This document shows positions 1 through 11,790 of a DNA stretch of 64,000 bases, piece after piece. The translations under genes and the position numbers were made by a program. This DNA is from Camelus dromedarius. Its lineage: Eukaryota. Within the stretch, counting starts at the first letter, position 1. The number at the start of each line of letters is the position of its first letter. The DNA is taken from the NCBI RefSeq assembly GCF_036321535.1, contig NC_087436.1:10850001-10914000 (forward strand), in the 5' to 3' direction. The notes under the pieces are model-generated. The model did no database searches, was not told the DNA's origin, and was given only the letters and a program-made list of their open reading frames with translations.

Positions 1-799
1 GTTACAATTTGATTTATCAATCACAAAATTATATTATGTATCAGGTATATGGTATTAATCAAATGCTAAAATAATTCCTGAATTAAATGGTATAACATTA
101 ACTTACGCTAGCTAAAGTTGACCTTGAAAAATCTTTTGAAGATTGTTCAGTGTGATTGGAAATTACACATGAACATGTTTTCCTAAGGATCTATCTATCA
201 GCAATGCTTCAGTGTATGTTTTTGAAATAAAACGTATCTGAGTAGTAGCAGATAAAGTTATTCTGGATCCCTATTTTGTTAGCCAGAGCTTCTGAAATCC
301 TAACATGTATGACAAAACCCAACATGGATTAATTCCTTTGGGGAGTCAATCCTTTAAACTAAAGAAATGTGGAGGGAGGTGAGGAGCGAAAACAAAATAA
401 TTGCTTGACTCTACATACACACTTAGAGTAATTTCTTATTCACATCATCTAATAGCTGTGTTCCCACCTGCTTCTCAGGGTCTAGACTAAGCAATAAGTT
501 AGGAAGAGTAAAAATAAATCCAAGATAAACCATACACAGATTTATCAAAATCTGCACATACTTTTGTATATATACACAGCTAGTAGTATACTAGTTAGAT
601 CCACTCACAGTTTTTGTCACTATCGGTCAGTTTTCTATGTCAACCTGAAAATTTACATATGTTTTTACATGGTTAACTAAAATCTGTATACAACTTAAAA
701 TGTTATTTATATAATCTCTTAGATTAGGGAAAAGAAGCCAAAAGTTAGAATATATAAAAAATAAGGTATGCAGTCAAATTTCTACCCTGATAAAAATTT

Positions 800-1512
800 A
801 CACAAGATTTTAAATATTTTAGCAGAAAAAAAACAATCATTGAAGAAATTATAGAAAGAAAACAAAACAGAATATAAAGATTTTTAAAAAGATAAGTGAA
901 TAAATACATTATAAGAAATAGAAAAACAATAGAATTGATAAAGTAAGAGTTCTTTTGAAAGAACAATAAAACATGGCACCTCTGTCAAAACTACTAAAAA
1001 TAAATAAATAAAAGGTGTTAAAAATATAAATGAACATTTTTCAAAATGAGAGAAATTATATTTAAAATTCTGTAATAATAAAAGTATACATGCATAAATT
1101 GAACAGTTTTGGATAAATACACCAAATTTAATTAGGAAAAAATGAAAACTGAAATGGATAAAATATGCAAAAAGCAATTTAAAATTTTGTCAAAAAATTG
1201 CCACCAAAAATGTTCTTTGACACTGAGTTGCTTTGTCTTATCAAACTATCAATGAAGTAACTCCTGTATTTTTTAACTACTCCAGAATGCAGAAGACTAT
1301 AGAGTGCCTCTCTAATCACTGTATGTCATTAAAATTACCTTTATAGTAAGTACAATGAAAGAAACAAAATCACAGTTCCACAGACCAATCTTAGTTTTGA
1401 ATACAAATTAAAAATCCTAAATAGAATATTATCAAATTAAAACCAGCTTTGTATAGCATGAAGCAAATACCTAACTAAGTATGTATTATTCCAGAAATTT
1501 AAAAATAATTTA
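800..1512 (+). mobile_element. Ancient, highly decayed LINE-1 ORF2 fragment (L1M-type)
   Basis: A-rich stretch collinear with L1 ORF2 motifs. 'cagaccaatcttagttttgaatacaaattaaaaatcctaaatagaatattatcaaat' resembles [22 protein letters not shown]. No intact frame remains. Confidence 0.6.
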
Positions 1513-2428
1513 ATCAGAATGGCCATCATTAAAAAGTTCACAAATGATAAATGCTGGAGAAGGTGTGGAGACAAGGAACCCTCCTACACTGCTGGTGGGA
1601 ATGTAGTCTGGTGCAGCCATTCTGGAAAACAGTATGGAGATTCCTCAAAAGACTAAAAATAAACTTAACCATATGATCCAGCGATCCCACTCCTGGGCAT
1701 ATATCCAGAGGGAACTCTAATTTGAAAAGACACCTGCACTCCAATGTTCATAGCAGCATTATTTACAATAGCCAAGACATGGAAACAACCTAAATGTCCA
1801 CTGACAGATGATGACTGGATAAAGAAGCTGTGGTATATTTATATAATGGAATACTACTTTGCCAGAAAAAAGAATAAAATAATGCCATTTGCAGCAACAT
1901 GGATTGACCTGGAGATCATCATTACAAGTGAAGTTAAGCCAGAAAGAGAAAAAGAAATACCAGATGATATCACTCATATGTGGAATCTAAAAGAAGAAGG
2001 AGATGGGGTGGGAAGGGACTGGGATTTCAAAATGTAGAATAGATAAACAAGACTGTACTGTGTGGCACAGGGAAATATATACAGCATCTTGCAGTGGCTC
2101 ACAGCAAAAGAGAATGTGACAATGAATGTATGTATGTTCATGTATAACTGAAAAATTGTGCTCTACACTGGAATTTGACACAACGTTGTAAAATGACTAT
2201 AACTCAATAAAAAATGTTTATATATAAAAAAACAAAAAATAAAATAAGAAAGAGAAGGAGAAGAAGACGACACTAATGAACTCACCTACAAAACAGAAAC
2301 AGACTCACAGATACAGCAAACAATTTTATGGTTACCAGGGAAAAGGGGGTGGGAAGAGATAAATTCGGGAGTTTGAGATTTGCAAATATTAACTACTATA
2401 TAAAAATAGATAAAAAGTAAATTTCTTC
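1513..2428 (+). mobile_element. 5'-truncated LINE-1 (ORF2 C-terminus plus 3'UTR), interrupted by a nested younger L1 tail at 2003-2245
   Basis: ORF 1744-2037 reads [19 protein letters not shown]...WIKKLWYIY, the L1 ORF2 C-terminus. The 3'UTR 'aatgaactcacctacaaaacagaaacagactcacag' resumes after 2260. Confidence 0.9.
2003..2245 (+). mobile_element. Short young L1 3' tail nested in an older L1 3'UTR
   Basis: Near-identical to 24149-24360. Ends in ctcAATAAA plus an A-rich tail and is flanked by an approximate TSD (aagaagaaggag / aaagagaaggag). Confidence 0.8.
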
Positions 2429-2479
2429 TAAGGCCAAGGATTTTAAGGATTATTTAGGTATAGTGTTATTGGGGAGTCA

Positions 2480-2678
2480 TTCTCCCTTCCTAGGAATAGC
2501 ACTCTCACAGAGGAACAGAGAGCAGAGGGACAGAGCGTGGTGATCATTCTAGAACCTCTGGATCCAGCTGTTGTGGACTCTCAGACTTCCAAATTGTGAG
2601 AAACAACATTTCCCTTTTTGTTCAGATGAGTTAACTTGTGTTTCTGACACTTGCAACAAAAAAGCATTCTGACCAAAA
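2480..2678 (+). mobile_element. MaLR (MLT1-like) LTR fragment
   Basis: Typical MLT1 3' portion: 'aacctctggatccagctg...ttccctttttgttc...gtttctgacacttgcaacaaaaaagcattctgacc'. Confidence 0.6.
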
Positions 2679-2719
2679 GACCAGTTGGGTGTTTTGAGGG
2701 AAAGAGGGACAAGAGGGTT

Positions 2720-3350
2720 GAAAGTGAGAACCACATGGCAGTGACGGGATACAGTGGTGCCAGATGGTGAGAGGTCGTGTGGGTAAATGTACTGGGAGAT
2801 AGCGAGGTGACATACTGCTCCTACGTAAATGGAGTGGGGAGGCAGTGGTCTGAGGGCAGATCATTGAGACAGAGATTCTGGACATGGTACCACGACTGGT
2901 GACGATAAGGGTGCAGGGGTCATGATGCCAATGGGTGACCAAGGTGGATAAAGTGAGGACTTCAAGGACCTAGGAGGCCAGGATATAGGATGAAAAAGCT
3001 GAAAAAGATTTGAGCAAAGAGTCAAAACTCTGGGTGAATTAGAGAGCTAGGGATGAGGTGAGTGAGCAAAGTGGTACTGTCAGATGGTTTGAGCCCTGAC
3101 AGTGACAGGGGTTGTGGGACCAAAGAGTCAAAATGATTTGAAAGTGGTCCTTAACTGAGAGCAAGGAGGATCCTTCCATGAGATGGATGATGTGAGGGAG
3201 AAGAAACAAATTTCATGTAAATGAAACTGAGTTCATGCAAGAGAGCTATTTAGGAGAAAGTTTATAAATTAGAAGCTGGGAGGCCCAGGGTGTAGAGTGA
3301 ACAGGTGGAGGGAGGATGAGGGATCTGGAACTCATGTCAGGATGATAATC
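2720..3350 (-). mobile_element. L2 LINE remnant
   Basis: Purine-rich decayed sequence typical of antisense L2. Boundaries are approximate. Confidence 0.4.
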
Positions 3351-3629
3351 TTACAGTAATTGAAAGCCAAAGAGATCTATTATACATACGGGTGTCACTA
3401 AAATTTGAAGAAGTGTGACACATTTTGCAATTAGTTCAGATAATCTCTTAGAAGAAGATGGATGGACCAACTGCCCCGTAGCCCACTGTGATGTGAGTGT
3501 CATGTGCAGCCGAGTGGTACACACTGTTCACCCCTTGATGGAAGGGGACCACACAGTGATATTTCACAGTGCCCTCCTGATAAAGTTCCAAGTTTAGCTT
3601 CAAGTATGGGTACTTTATGACCCAGATGC

Positions 3630-4045
3630 TTTAACCTCCTCTCTGGTCACCTTTCAGCATTGCACATTATAGTCCAACCATACTGAACCACTCTGAGTTC
3701 TCCTAAGTCCTCCATATTAGCTCTTGCCTCAGATTTATATACATTTTTTTTCTTGCCTGAAAATGCCTTTCCCACTCACTCCACCTACCTCCGTTATTGG
3801 CTGACAATTGGAGTCATCATTCATGACATCACTTCCTCGGGGAAGCCTTCTTTTACTCACCAGTACTGGATTAGTGCTCCCGCACCATCTTTTATTCCTA
3901 CTAGAGTACTTACTACACTGCATCATCCTTGACTTTTAACGTACCCACTCTGATGGAAAGTATTGTGACTTGCACACCCAACCCTTAAGAAGAAAGCCAT
4001 GTGGTTGTTAGTTATTCAGTACTTATTTGTGGCATGAATGAACAG
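3630..4045 (+). mobile_element. L2 LINE 3' end
   Basis: 'tcttgcctgaaaatgcctttccc', 'catcacttcctcggggaagccttc' and the terminal 'tatttgtggcatgaatgaa' match L2 3'-end motifs. Confidence 0.65.
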
Positions 4046-4559
4046 CACAGATTAAAAACAATCACAACACAATCAGGCTTCTGCTTGCATATTTTAGGTA
4101 ATTGATCTCACTAATCTAGTCACTTTGTATTTTTGCTACACAATAAAGGATGCTTATGTTTCTGAAGATTATGCACCACAATAGGTATACGAATATAACA
4201 GAGCCATTGAGAGCTGTCTGAATCCAGATTGCTTCTGAGTATCCAGGCTGATTATAAGCAATGTATTTTTTTCTATATTGTCTTGAGACATAAATGCTCT
4301 TTTAGAAGACATCCCATTCAGTCCTCTTTTCATTCCCTGAAGTACTGTATAATTGCTCAATGATTCTCTTAGTAGTCACCAGTTTTGTTCTAATAGAACC
4401 AGGAAAATTTTTTATCCACTGACTTCTGCACTATCTAATCACTTAGTATCATGAGTCTGATAATATTAGAAAAATTAATTTTAATAAATTTGAAATGGAA
4501 AACAGAAATCTGAAAACACACTTTAAAGGATCTCTTACTTGGTTCTGAAATGTACCTCA

Positions 4560-4565
<6 letters not shown>

Positions 4566-4592
<27 letters not shown>
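4566..4592 (+). repeat. Poly(A) run
   Basis: Uninterrupted A tract read directly from the sequence. Confidence 0.95.
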
Positions 4593-4599
4593 TTCCAGC

Positions 4600-4885
4600 C
4601 TTCTATTTTTCTGGACTAAGTTGACAAGTGTAATAAATTTGGTTTCAATATTTGAACATAAATCTGTAATCCATCTGGAGTGTATTTTGTTTTATGTCAC
4701 AAGGAAAGAACCAATGTTATTCTTTTCTCCAAATGTCTAGCCAGTTGTTCCAACACCTTTTCTTGAATAATTCATTTCTTTTCACTAATTTGAAATGCCA
4801 CCTTGATGATATACTGCAGTAGTTTATTTAATTAGGTTTATTGCCACTCTTTCTATGCTAGTCCATTGATCATTCTATTCTTGTG
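4600..4885 (-). mobile_element. Old L1 ORF2 fragment
   Basis: 'taatccatctggagtgtatttt...ctagccagttgttccaacacc...tttgaaatgccacctt' is antisense L1M ORF2 sequence. Confidence 0.7.
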
Positions 4886-5339
4886 TTGGGGAAAAAATTA
4901 GCCATACTGTCCCCCAAACGTAGTTCCTTTATTTGTTCATTTCATCTCCACTCTGCATTTATTATGTCACACTTTTCCTCCCTCCTCAGTATCAGACATA
5001 CCTTCCCAGCCACATTCACATCATACATACACCACTTTAGAGGAAATTGCTCACGTTCTTCACAAAGTCTATCTGTTTCCACCCTTGCCCTCAAGGAAGA
5101 TGCCTGGGGAAGGAGGAAAGATGATGCTACGCACTAAGAGACAGAGCACAGGACAAGAAGAGAAGGTGCTCAGAGCAGCAAGAGCATCATTTTCAGTAGT
5201 GCCAGTGGCTCAGGAAAGTCTTGGGAATGACTCAGTACACATGTACTCAAAGAAGACTCTGTAGGAGTTAGACCTCCCGTAGAGATTTATACAGTAAGCA
5301 AAAAGCAGCATAGAGTCCAGACACACTAACAAAGACCAA

Positions 5340-5440
5340 GATGGAGGACGAGGAGGAGGAGGGTGGAGGGGGGAGGAGGAGGAGGAGAAGAAAGAAAGAA
5401 AGGAGAAAGAAAGAAGAGGAAGGAGAAGAAGATAGGAGAA
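5340..5440. repeat. GA-rich low-complexity tract
   Basis: (GGA)n and (GAAA)n-like purine tract. Confidence 0.85.
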
Positions 5441-6028
5441 AATCTGGGGTAGGGGAGTGTATGGAGGGTGATGGGGTCCGGGAATAATTACAGCAACCAA
5501 GGAGAATGGTATTTCCAAAAATGAGGAAGATTTTGCATTTGATCCTTGCTCAGCAAGGATCTATTTTGTTATAAACAGAGGAATCGGTGATTATTTCTGG
5601 TTCAAACAGAATTATTAAATGTCAATGGGGTTACTGAGAATGACTGATTTTTAAAAGACAGCTTGATTCAACAATTAAAATTGCTTTGTGATATGTTTGA
5701 AATATTTCCATCGGAGAGACTTAGCAATGGATTGGAAATAAAAGATACTGAAATGAGGAAGGAGATAATAAGGTTTTGGACAGATGGCTCTTAAAATCAC
5801 CTAGTGGATTTAATTTAAAAAAACAAAACACATTGTTAGCTGGGATGGGAGGTAAGATGAAATGCTTTTGAAAATTCATATACTTGAGTATTCTGATGCA
5901 GATGGAAGTGTAGACCAAATGGAAAGACATGTAGGAGGCCACTCAACTTCCCTTTACTCCAGTCCTTCAGCTAAAGAAGACAGAAAAAAAAAAAAAAAAA
6001 GATAAAAGATAGATGGTCTGGCTCAATT

Positions 6029-6564
6029 TGTAATGGAAAAGAACAAATCTGACTCCGTATTAGGTCTGCTCCTTTGACTTTAACCCTGTGCCCTGTTTCT
6101 CACACTTAACATTGCTGGTTCTGTGCCTTTTGTAAAAAGAATGTTACCTAGAGTCTGAAATACACAGGAGAGCCTATTCTCAAGGCTCTGACCTTTAAGA
6201 ATATTAACACTTTTCCATTCATATAAAGATAACAAGTTGCAGAATAGAAAATAACGTTTATTTTGTTGGAGGTTTACAGGGACACCATGATCTGACCCAG
6301 GTGGACAGGGCAAGAACAAAGGATTCCTAGAACAAAGAATTCCTACACCAAGAAGTTTGCAACAACCAAGCACACCCCCTCCCCTCTTAGTATAAAATGA
6401 GCCTGAATTCTGACTTGGGGTAGATGATTCTCCAGAACATTAGTCCCCCAATTTCTCGGTCTGCTGGCTTTCCAAATAAAGTCACTATTCCTTGCTCCAA
6501 CACCTCATCTCCCAGTTTACTGACCTGTCATGTGGCGAGCAGAATGAGTTTGGACTCAGTAACA
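6029..6564 (+). mobile_element. ERV1 solo LTR (MER34-like)
   Basis: TG...CA termini, TATAAAA at about 6391, AATAAA at 6475-6480, and the 3' end 'gtcatgtggcgagcagaatgagtttggactcagtaaca' typical of MER34-group LTRs. Confidence 0.8.
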
Positions 6565-6860
6565 AAAGTAGTTCAATAACATATCTATATATATTGGCAC
6601 ATCTTTTCCAAATGCAACATGGGAAAATTAGATATAAAGTAATCCAAGTATGTTGGGGTTTTTAACTTACAAAACAAAAATGAAACTTCTCTCAGTGACC
6701 TTAGCTAAAATACATATGCATCTCCAGTGGCTGATTTAGTTTCTCTTTCATCAACTGATCACGTAATAGATAAAATGGCAGTCTCTTTAGCATTTAACAA
6801 AATTAGTTTTACTACAGCAGTGGGGAATATAAAATGTTATTTATAACAAAAAATAATTAC

Positions 6861-6885
6861 CTGACCCTGCTGAACAGTAACATGC
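6861..6885 (-). other. Candidate 25-nt exon
   Basis: Minus strand: tttttaatcatag|GCATGTTACTGTTCAGCAGGGTCAG|gtaatt. Supported by splice motifs only. Confidence 0.3.
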
Positions 6886-7851
6886 CTATGATTAAAAAAT
6901 TTAAGAACTGTGAGAGCTTCAGAACAAAGACAATTATAAGGCATGTCACTAGAACTATCATTTCCTTATAACCAAAAAAGAGCCAAAAATGGAACTATTT
7001 ACTTAATCAAGCTATTTTACTTTATTTTTTAATTGAATATCCTAATAATTTTATCATCTTCACTATATTTTTTTAAAAGAGGCTAAACAGAAGCCACAGA
7101 TTATATAAAGTGAAAATTTAATGATAACATTCTCTCAACAGAATTTCTGATAGAAAGTAGCAAACCAGACTACTTCTGTCTCATCTTAGCCCTAACAGCA
7201 CTCTTGTGGAGAAGTAAACATGCAAGTAAAACAATGAAATACCAATATAAAAACCTAAATTTAACTGATAGGAAGAACAAGGGAAATACTTCATAAATTG
7301 AAATCACTCCAACAAAATGGCTATAGAAGTTTTTTCCCCCAGTATTCAGCAGATCAGTCTACTTGTGTTCAACATCCCAAAAGATCAAGGAAAATTTTAG
7401 CCATAAGCCCTGGCTATATGATTTTTATGAAACTTACATTAGAAAGTTCATCATGTGAGTAATAAACCACTACCACCACAATATCTGACATCTCAGTTCT
7501 TAGTATTTGTCAGTCATCTACCCCAAGTATTTTATATATATTATCTCACTTGTTCTATATAGGTTAAGATATTTTATTGAGAACAAAAATAAGATACATG
7601 GAAATTTGCTTAAGTTTTAGCTTTAAAATAAAACTTTTTCACATATTTTGTTATTCCTAAGGGCTTACTTACTGCAATGCAAGTTAGTTTACATGATTAA
7701 AAAATAATTCCGTAAGGAATTTTTAAAAAACAAATATAAAACATTTTATCTAAGTTAAGTTAGCAAACTAATAACCTGATAGGACTTGTTCTTTAATGAT
7801 TATTGTTGTCTTTTTTCCTGTAGAGAACCATGGAGTTAAAAGGAAGAGCTG

Positions 7852-8072
7852 TGTCTGTAAGTGTGTTTCTGTTTTGTAAATAAGTTCATTTATATCACAT
7901 TTTAGATTCTGCATATGAGTGATATCATATGATATCTGTCTTGAAAGGATAAATTAGGAGTTTGGGATTAGCAGATATAAACTACTATATATAAAATAAA
8001 CAAGTTCCTACTGTATAGCACAAGGAACTATATTCAATATCCTATAATAAACCATAATGGAAAAGAATTTTA
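7852..8072 (+). mobile_element. Twin-primed (5'-inverted) mini-L1
   Basis: Antisense L1 3'UTR piece (7852-7943) joined to a sense 3'UTR piece (7944-8072). TSD aaaaggaagagctg (7838-7851) / aaaaggaaaagctg (8073-8086) at a TT/AAAA site. Confidence 0.85.
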
Positions 8073-8222
8073 AAAAGGAAAAGCTGGCACACACAGAGGC
8101 AGGGTCTCTTGACACATGTCATCGAGTCTCTTAGATAACAGCTCATTTTTATTTCAAACACAATTGAATTTTCATTCTCGCTCTCCTTCTGTTAGCTGAC
8201 ATAATTTAAATTTTTGCCTTAC

Positions 8223-8260
8223 CTCTGTGAAAAAATATACAAATTCCTTCCTTGATTCTC
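8223..8260 (-). other. Candidate 38-nt exon
   Basis: Minus strand: aattattcccctag|GAGAATCAAGGAAGGAATTTGTATATTTTTTCACAGAG|gtaagg. Strong donor, modest acceptor. Confidence 0.35.
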
Positions 8261-9029
8261 CTAGGGGAATAATTTGTGCACCCAAACCACATTCATTTTT
8301 AAGGAAGGCTAATTTGGAGTAGTGCTCTTTATATATCCTGACACCATTGAGGTTAAAAATACGTATTTATCCAATAAAGTGAGCAGAAAATATACAGCTT
8401 TGTGAGCTCACATGTATAGATTTAGCCACCTTGTTGGTTTAATTCATATGTTTAGAAAAGAGCTAATATATAATCAAATTAAAGCATCGACTACCTGGAA
8501 AATACAAAGTTCAAAAGCTTTTATACAAAATGTGCAAACTCTTATTTGTGATTTTATATTTTTATTCTTTCCTCCCCTTCCCAATGTGGGATTTCATCAT
8601 AATCCTTGTAACATTATTCTCATAAGGAGCAATGAGCAACAGGGCCCTCAAATAGAGATAAGTGGGCAGTGGTTAAACTTTGGATTCAATGGAGTAGACA
8701 CACTGACAAATACTAGTAACAAAATATCAGTGATAACAATAACAATATATTATAAACAACTTGGAACTGACTGTGAAGACAAACAGCCTGCCTACATTCG
8801 GTAAAAAGATTCAGAGACAGGAAGAAGTCAGACTGCACCTTCTTTGCTTGTGAATGGCATACAGTTCCAGAGACCCCATGCTTTGGGTAAATAAAACAGG
8901 ATTTGGAAATATTTCCCAAGTCCCATATGTGACTCTTATGAGCGGCATGTTCGGAAACACATCTCGCAGAGAAGCCACTTTCCAGCAAGGGATCAAAGAT
9001 AATTCTTTTCTTAACCAGTGAATAAACAT

Positions 9030-9208
9030 TATGCACAGATTTAGCAAATAAAAATACAGAACACCCAGTTACGTCTGAATTTCAGATTAACAAGGAATTT
9101 TTCTTAGTATAACATAACCAAATATCGCATACTTCCACACAAAGAATTATTCCTTGTTTATCTGAAACGTAAATTCACTGGACCTCTTGAATTTTACCTG
9201 GCAAACAT
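9030..9208. mobile_element. MER53-like palindromic hAT MITE
   Basis: 'cagatttagcaaataaaaatacag...cccagtta...tgaatttcagat' and the mirror arm 'tttatctgaaa...aaattcactgg...cctggcaa'. Confidence 0.75.
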
Positions 9209-10760
9209 ACGTAGGAAATCAACATACAGCATTACATTTGTTTTTAAAGTTAAATTTTTCCCTCTCCATATGACCATTACTGTATTAAAAATGTGAATCC
9301 AACAGTCAGTGAACTGTATCTTTTGTTTTCTTTTATCAATCCCTCAACATCCTTGAAACTAGCTACTACCTACAAATTTATTCACATATTTTGGTAATGT
9401 ATAATGTCAATTAACTTACAATTACTGTATCATTTGTTCCAACTATTTTCCCAGAATAACAAATTTCTTTAGAAAATACAAAGCTTTAGAGGCACCCAGA
9501 AAAACTGACTCAATTCCTCGGTATTATGAATGTTAATCCCTCTTTAAAGATCATGAATACGTTTGTTAGATGATTTTATGTATTATTTACACGTGCAGAT
9601 GTTATATTATTCTATGATATATGTTACATCATAGATGTGCATGCGTGTGTATACAATTACATTGTATAAAATGTAGAACGGTAGAAGTCTGCATTAAAGG
9701 TCTTTAATAGCTCAGGTCAAGGGTTATGCAAAGTCACTGTTATCAATAGTTAAGTATGTGACAAAGATTTCATCAGAGTGGAAACAAGGTACAAATAATC
9801 CATCTTTATAGAAAATGAACTCACTTTAAGGGAAAATAGTCAAGGACTACCTGACATCATTTTCCCTGTCAGGTTCCTTGCCTGTCACTCCAAAGGAACA
9901 GCCTCCAGGATAAGCTAACTGACAACACAGTTTAAGACGGAGTAGTCATGTGATAACAGAGCCTCGGTTTCAAAACAGTGGACTTGGCACTGGCTGTCTT
10001 AAGAGAATATTCTCCAAAGCAGTTCTTACAATCAGTCAGTCAAATTAGTAAATCACTGAGACTACCCCACTCTCCCTGGCTGTGTTATGTGCAGCTTTAA
10101 CAGGACTTAAATGAAAAGTAATCCTTTATTCAGATTTCGAGATCTTCACAATATCTCTCACTTCAGGATGTGCAAAAGAAACACATCTTTTTCGCCCTTG
10201 TGGTGTAAGTGGTGCTGGCACAGCATAAAAACTAACCCAATGTCTTTGTCTTCATAAGAATTCCTGAAGGTCACTTGAGAATACTTCCTTGTAAACTGTA
10301 TTATGTAAGGCATTGCATGTGGAAAAAAATTCTTAGAAATTTGTTACTAAACCATTAGATTGCAGTGATATTATTTCCCAGAGAAGCTAAAAATCAGAGC
10401 ACACTAAAACGAATTCTACAACTGTTAATATAAACTGGTCCAGAAAAAAAAAAGATATAATTTTAACTTGGGCTGCTATGAGAAGATTATGAGTATCTAA
10501 AAAAGAAATGTTGTGTGGGTGTGAGAAGGAAACAGAAATGTCACAGGCAAAGATTAACTCCATGAATCCGTATGGTTGGAAATCCTGGCTTGCAAATTCT
10601 CAAGGTAAGAGACTCAGTGTTGAGGTCTGAGTTTTCATGAACTTCAGAAGCAGCCAATATCACCATGCAAAGGATAAAGACAGGCAGACATAAAAAAAAA
10701 AATCTTACCACAAGAGCCAGAACTACTAAGAATACTTTAAAATAGATTAAAATTCAAAGA

Positions 10761-10912
10761 TTTTTTTTTTTTAATTTTCAGAGGAAGATAATTTGGTTTA
10801 TTTCTTCCTTTCTTTCTTTCTTTCTTTACTTCTCAATGGAGGCACTGGGGATTGAACCCAGGACCTTGTGCATGCTAAGCACTCACTCTACTCCTGAGAT
10901 ATACCCTCTCCC
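10761..10912 (-). mobile_element. tRNA-derived SINE (camelid Vic-1-like)
   Basis: Reverse complement has a tRNA-like head with B box 'ggttcaatcccc' and an A-rich tail. Same family as the copies at 25878, 32901 and 57219. Confidence 0.85.
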
Positions 10913-10967
10913 TGCAAATTTTTAATTTTTAAAATGAGTATTTTCAGTAGGGGTTAGAAAAGCTAAC

Positions 10968-11111
10968 CTATGGGAATTAATTCCAAGAAATGAAGTGAAA
11001 CAGGAAGGCAAATGTTGCCAAGGGCTTTTAGCAACAGCCATGTGGGTCACAGAGTTCCTCCTAAGGGTGGAGATAAGACTGTGGTGGAGTTCAGCATTAT
11101 GAAAGAATTAC
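10968..11111 (-). other. Candidate non-coding exon or AG|GT recursive-type splice site
   Basis: Minus strand: long pyrimidine tract 'tttatttcctttttcaatttcttgttcatacag|GTAATT', with a possible donor TAG|gttagc 144 nt later. All three frames contain stops. Confidence 0.3.
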
Positions 11112-11684
11112 CTGTATGAACAAGAAATTGAAAAAGGAAATAAACAGAATGACAAATTGCTAGGTATGAAGGCAAAATGGATCAAAACTAATTGTGAATG
11201 AAGATAAAAAAGAAAGTCATCAAGCCAGATGAAATATCATAAAAGATAACAAATACAAAAGAGATTTCCCTCCCATCCAATAATCATGATTCTCTCCTCA
11301 TAGTCATATTATAATGTAAGCACCAGTGAAATTGTCATCTCTGACCACTTTCTAGAGACCTGCTCTATTCATGAGTGGAGTCCTTTTGAAATTGTTGGGA
11401 CAGACTCAGGGTAAATGTGCAGAGTTTCACCATTAAATTCTCAAAAATCACTTAACATTGGTAACTCACTGTCACTGAAGTATATATCAATTTAGCTCTC
11501 AATCAATAGAGAAGACTTAGGAACTAATCCTATTACTTGCTATTACTTCCAACTCTCTCTCATTTCTTGACTATCCAAAGTGTTTCATTGCACTTGCTAG
11601 AATTAGTTAGATAAAAACTACTTAAATCTTGAATGTTTGAGACTTTATCTGGAATGTTCCAGATAAAATACTTAATGGATTTGG

Positions 11685-11790
11685 GGTTTGTTTTTTTGTT
11701 TGTTTTTGTTTCGGTTTTTTTGTTTGTTTGTTTGTTTTGGTATTTGCTATACTGTTTTTTGTTGGTTTGTTTGTTTGGGGTTTTTTTGGT
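11685..11790. repeat. Degenerate (GTTT)n tract
   Basis: Read directly from the sequence. Confidence 0.85.

Noticed and set aside
8412..9047. Cluster of overlapping ORFs of 78-130 aa in unique sequence
   Set aside because: No recognisable protein motif or convincing splice-site pair, and the cluster ends at MER53.
10134..10204. Plus-strand AG...GTAAGT exon-like segment
   Set aside because: Short pyrimidine tract, weak exonic donor context and no partner exons on the plus strand.
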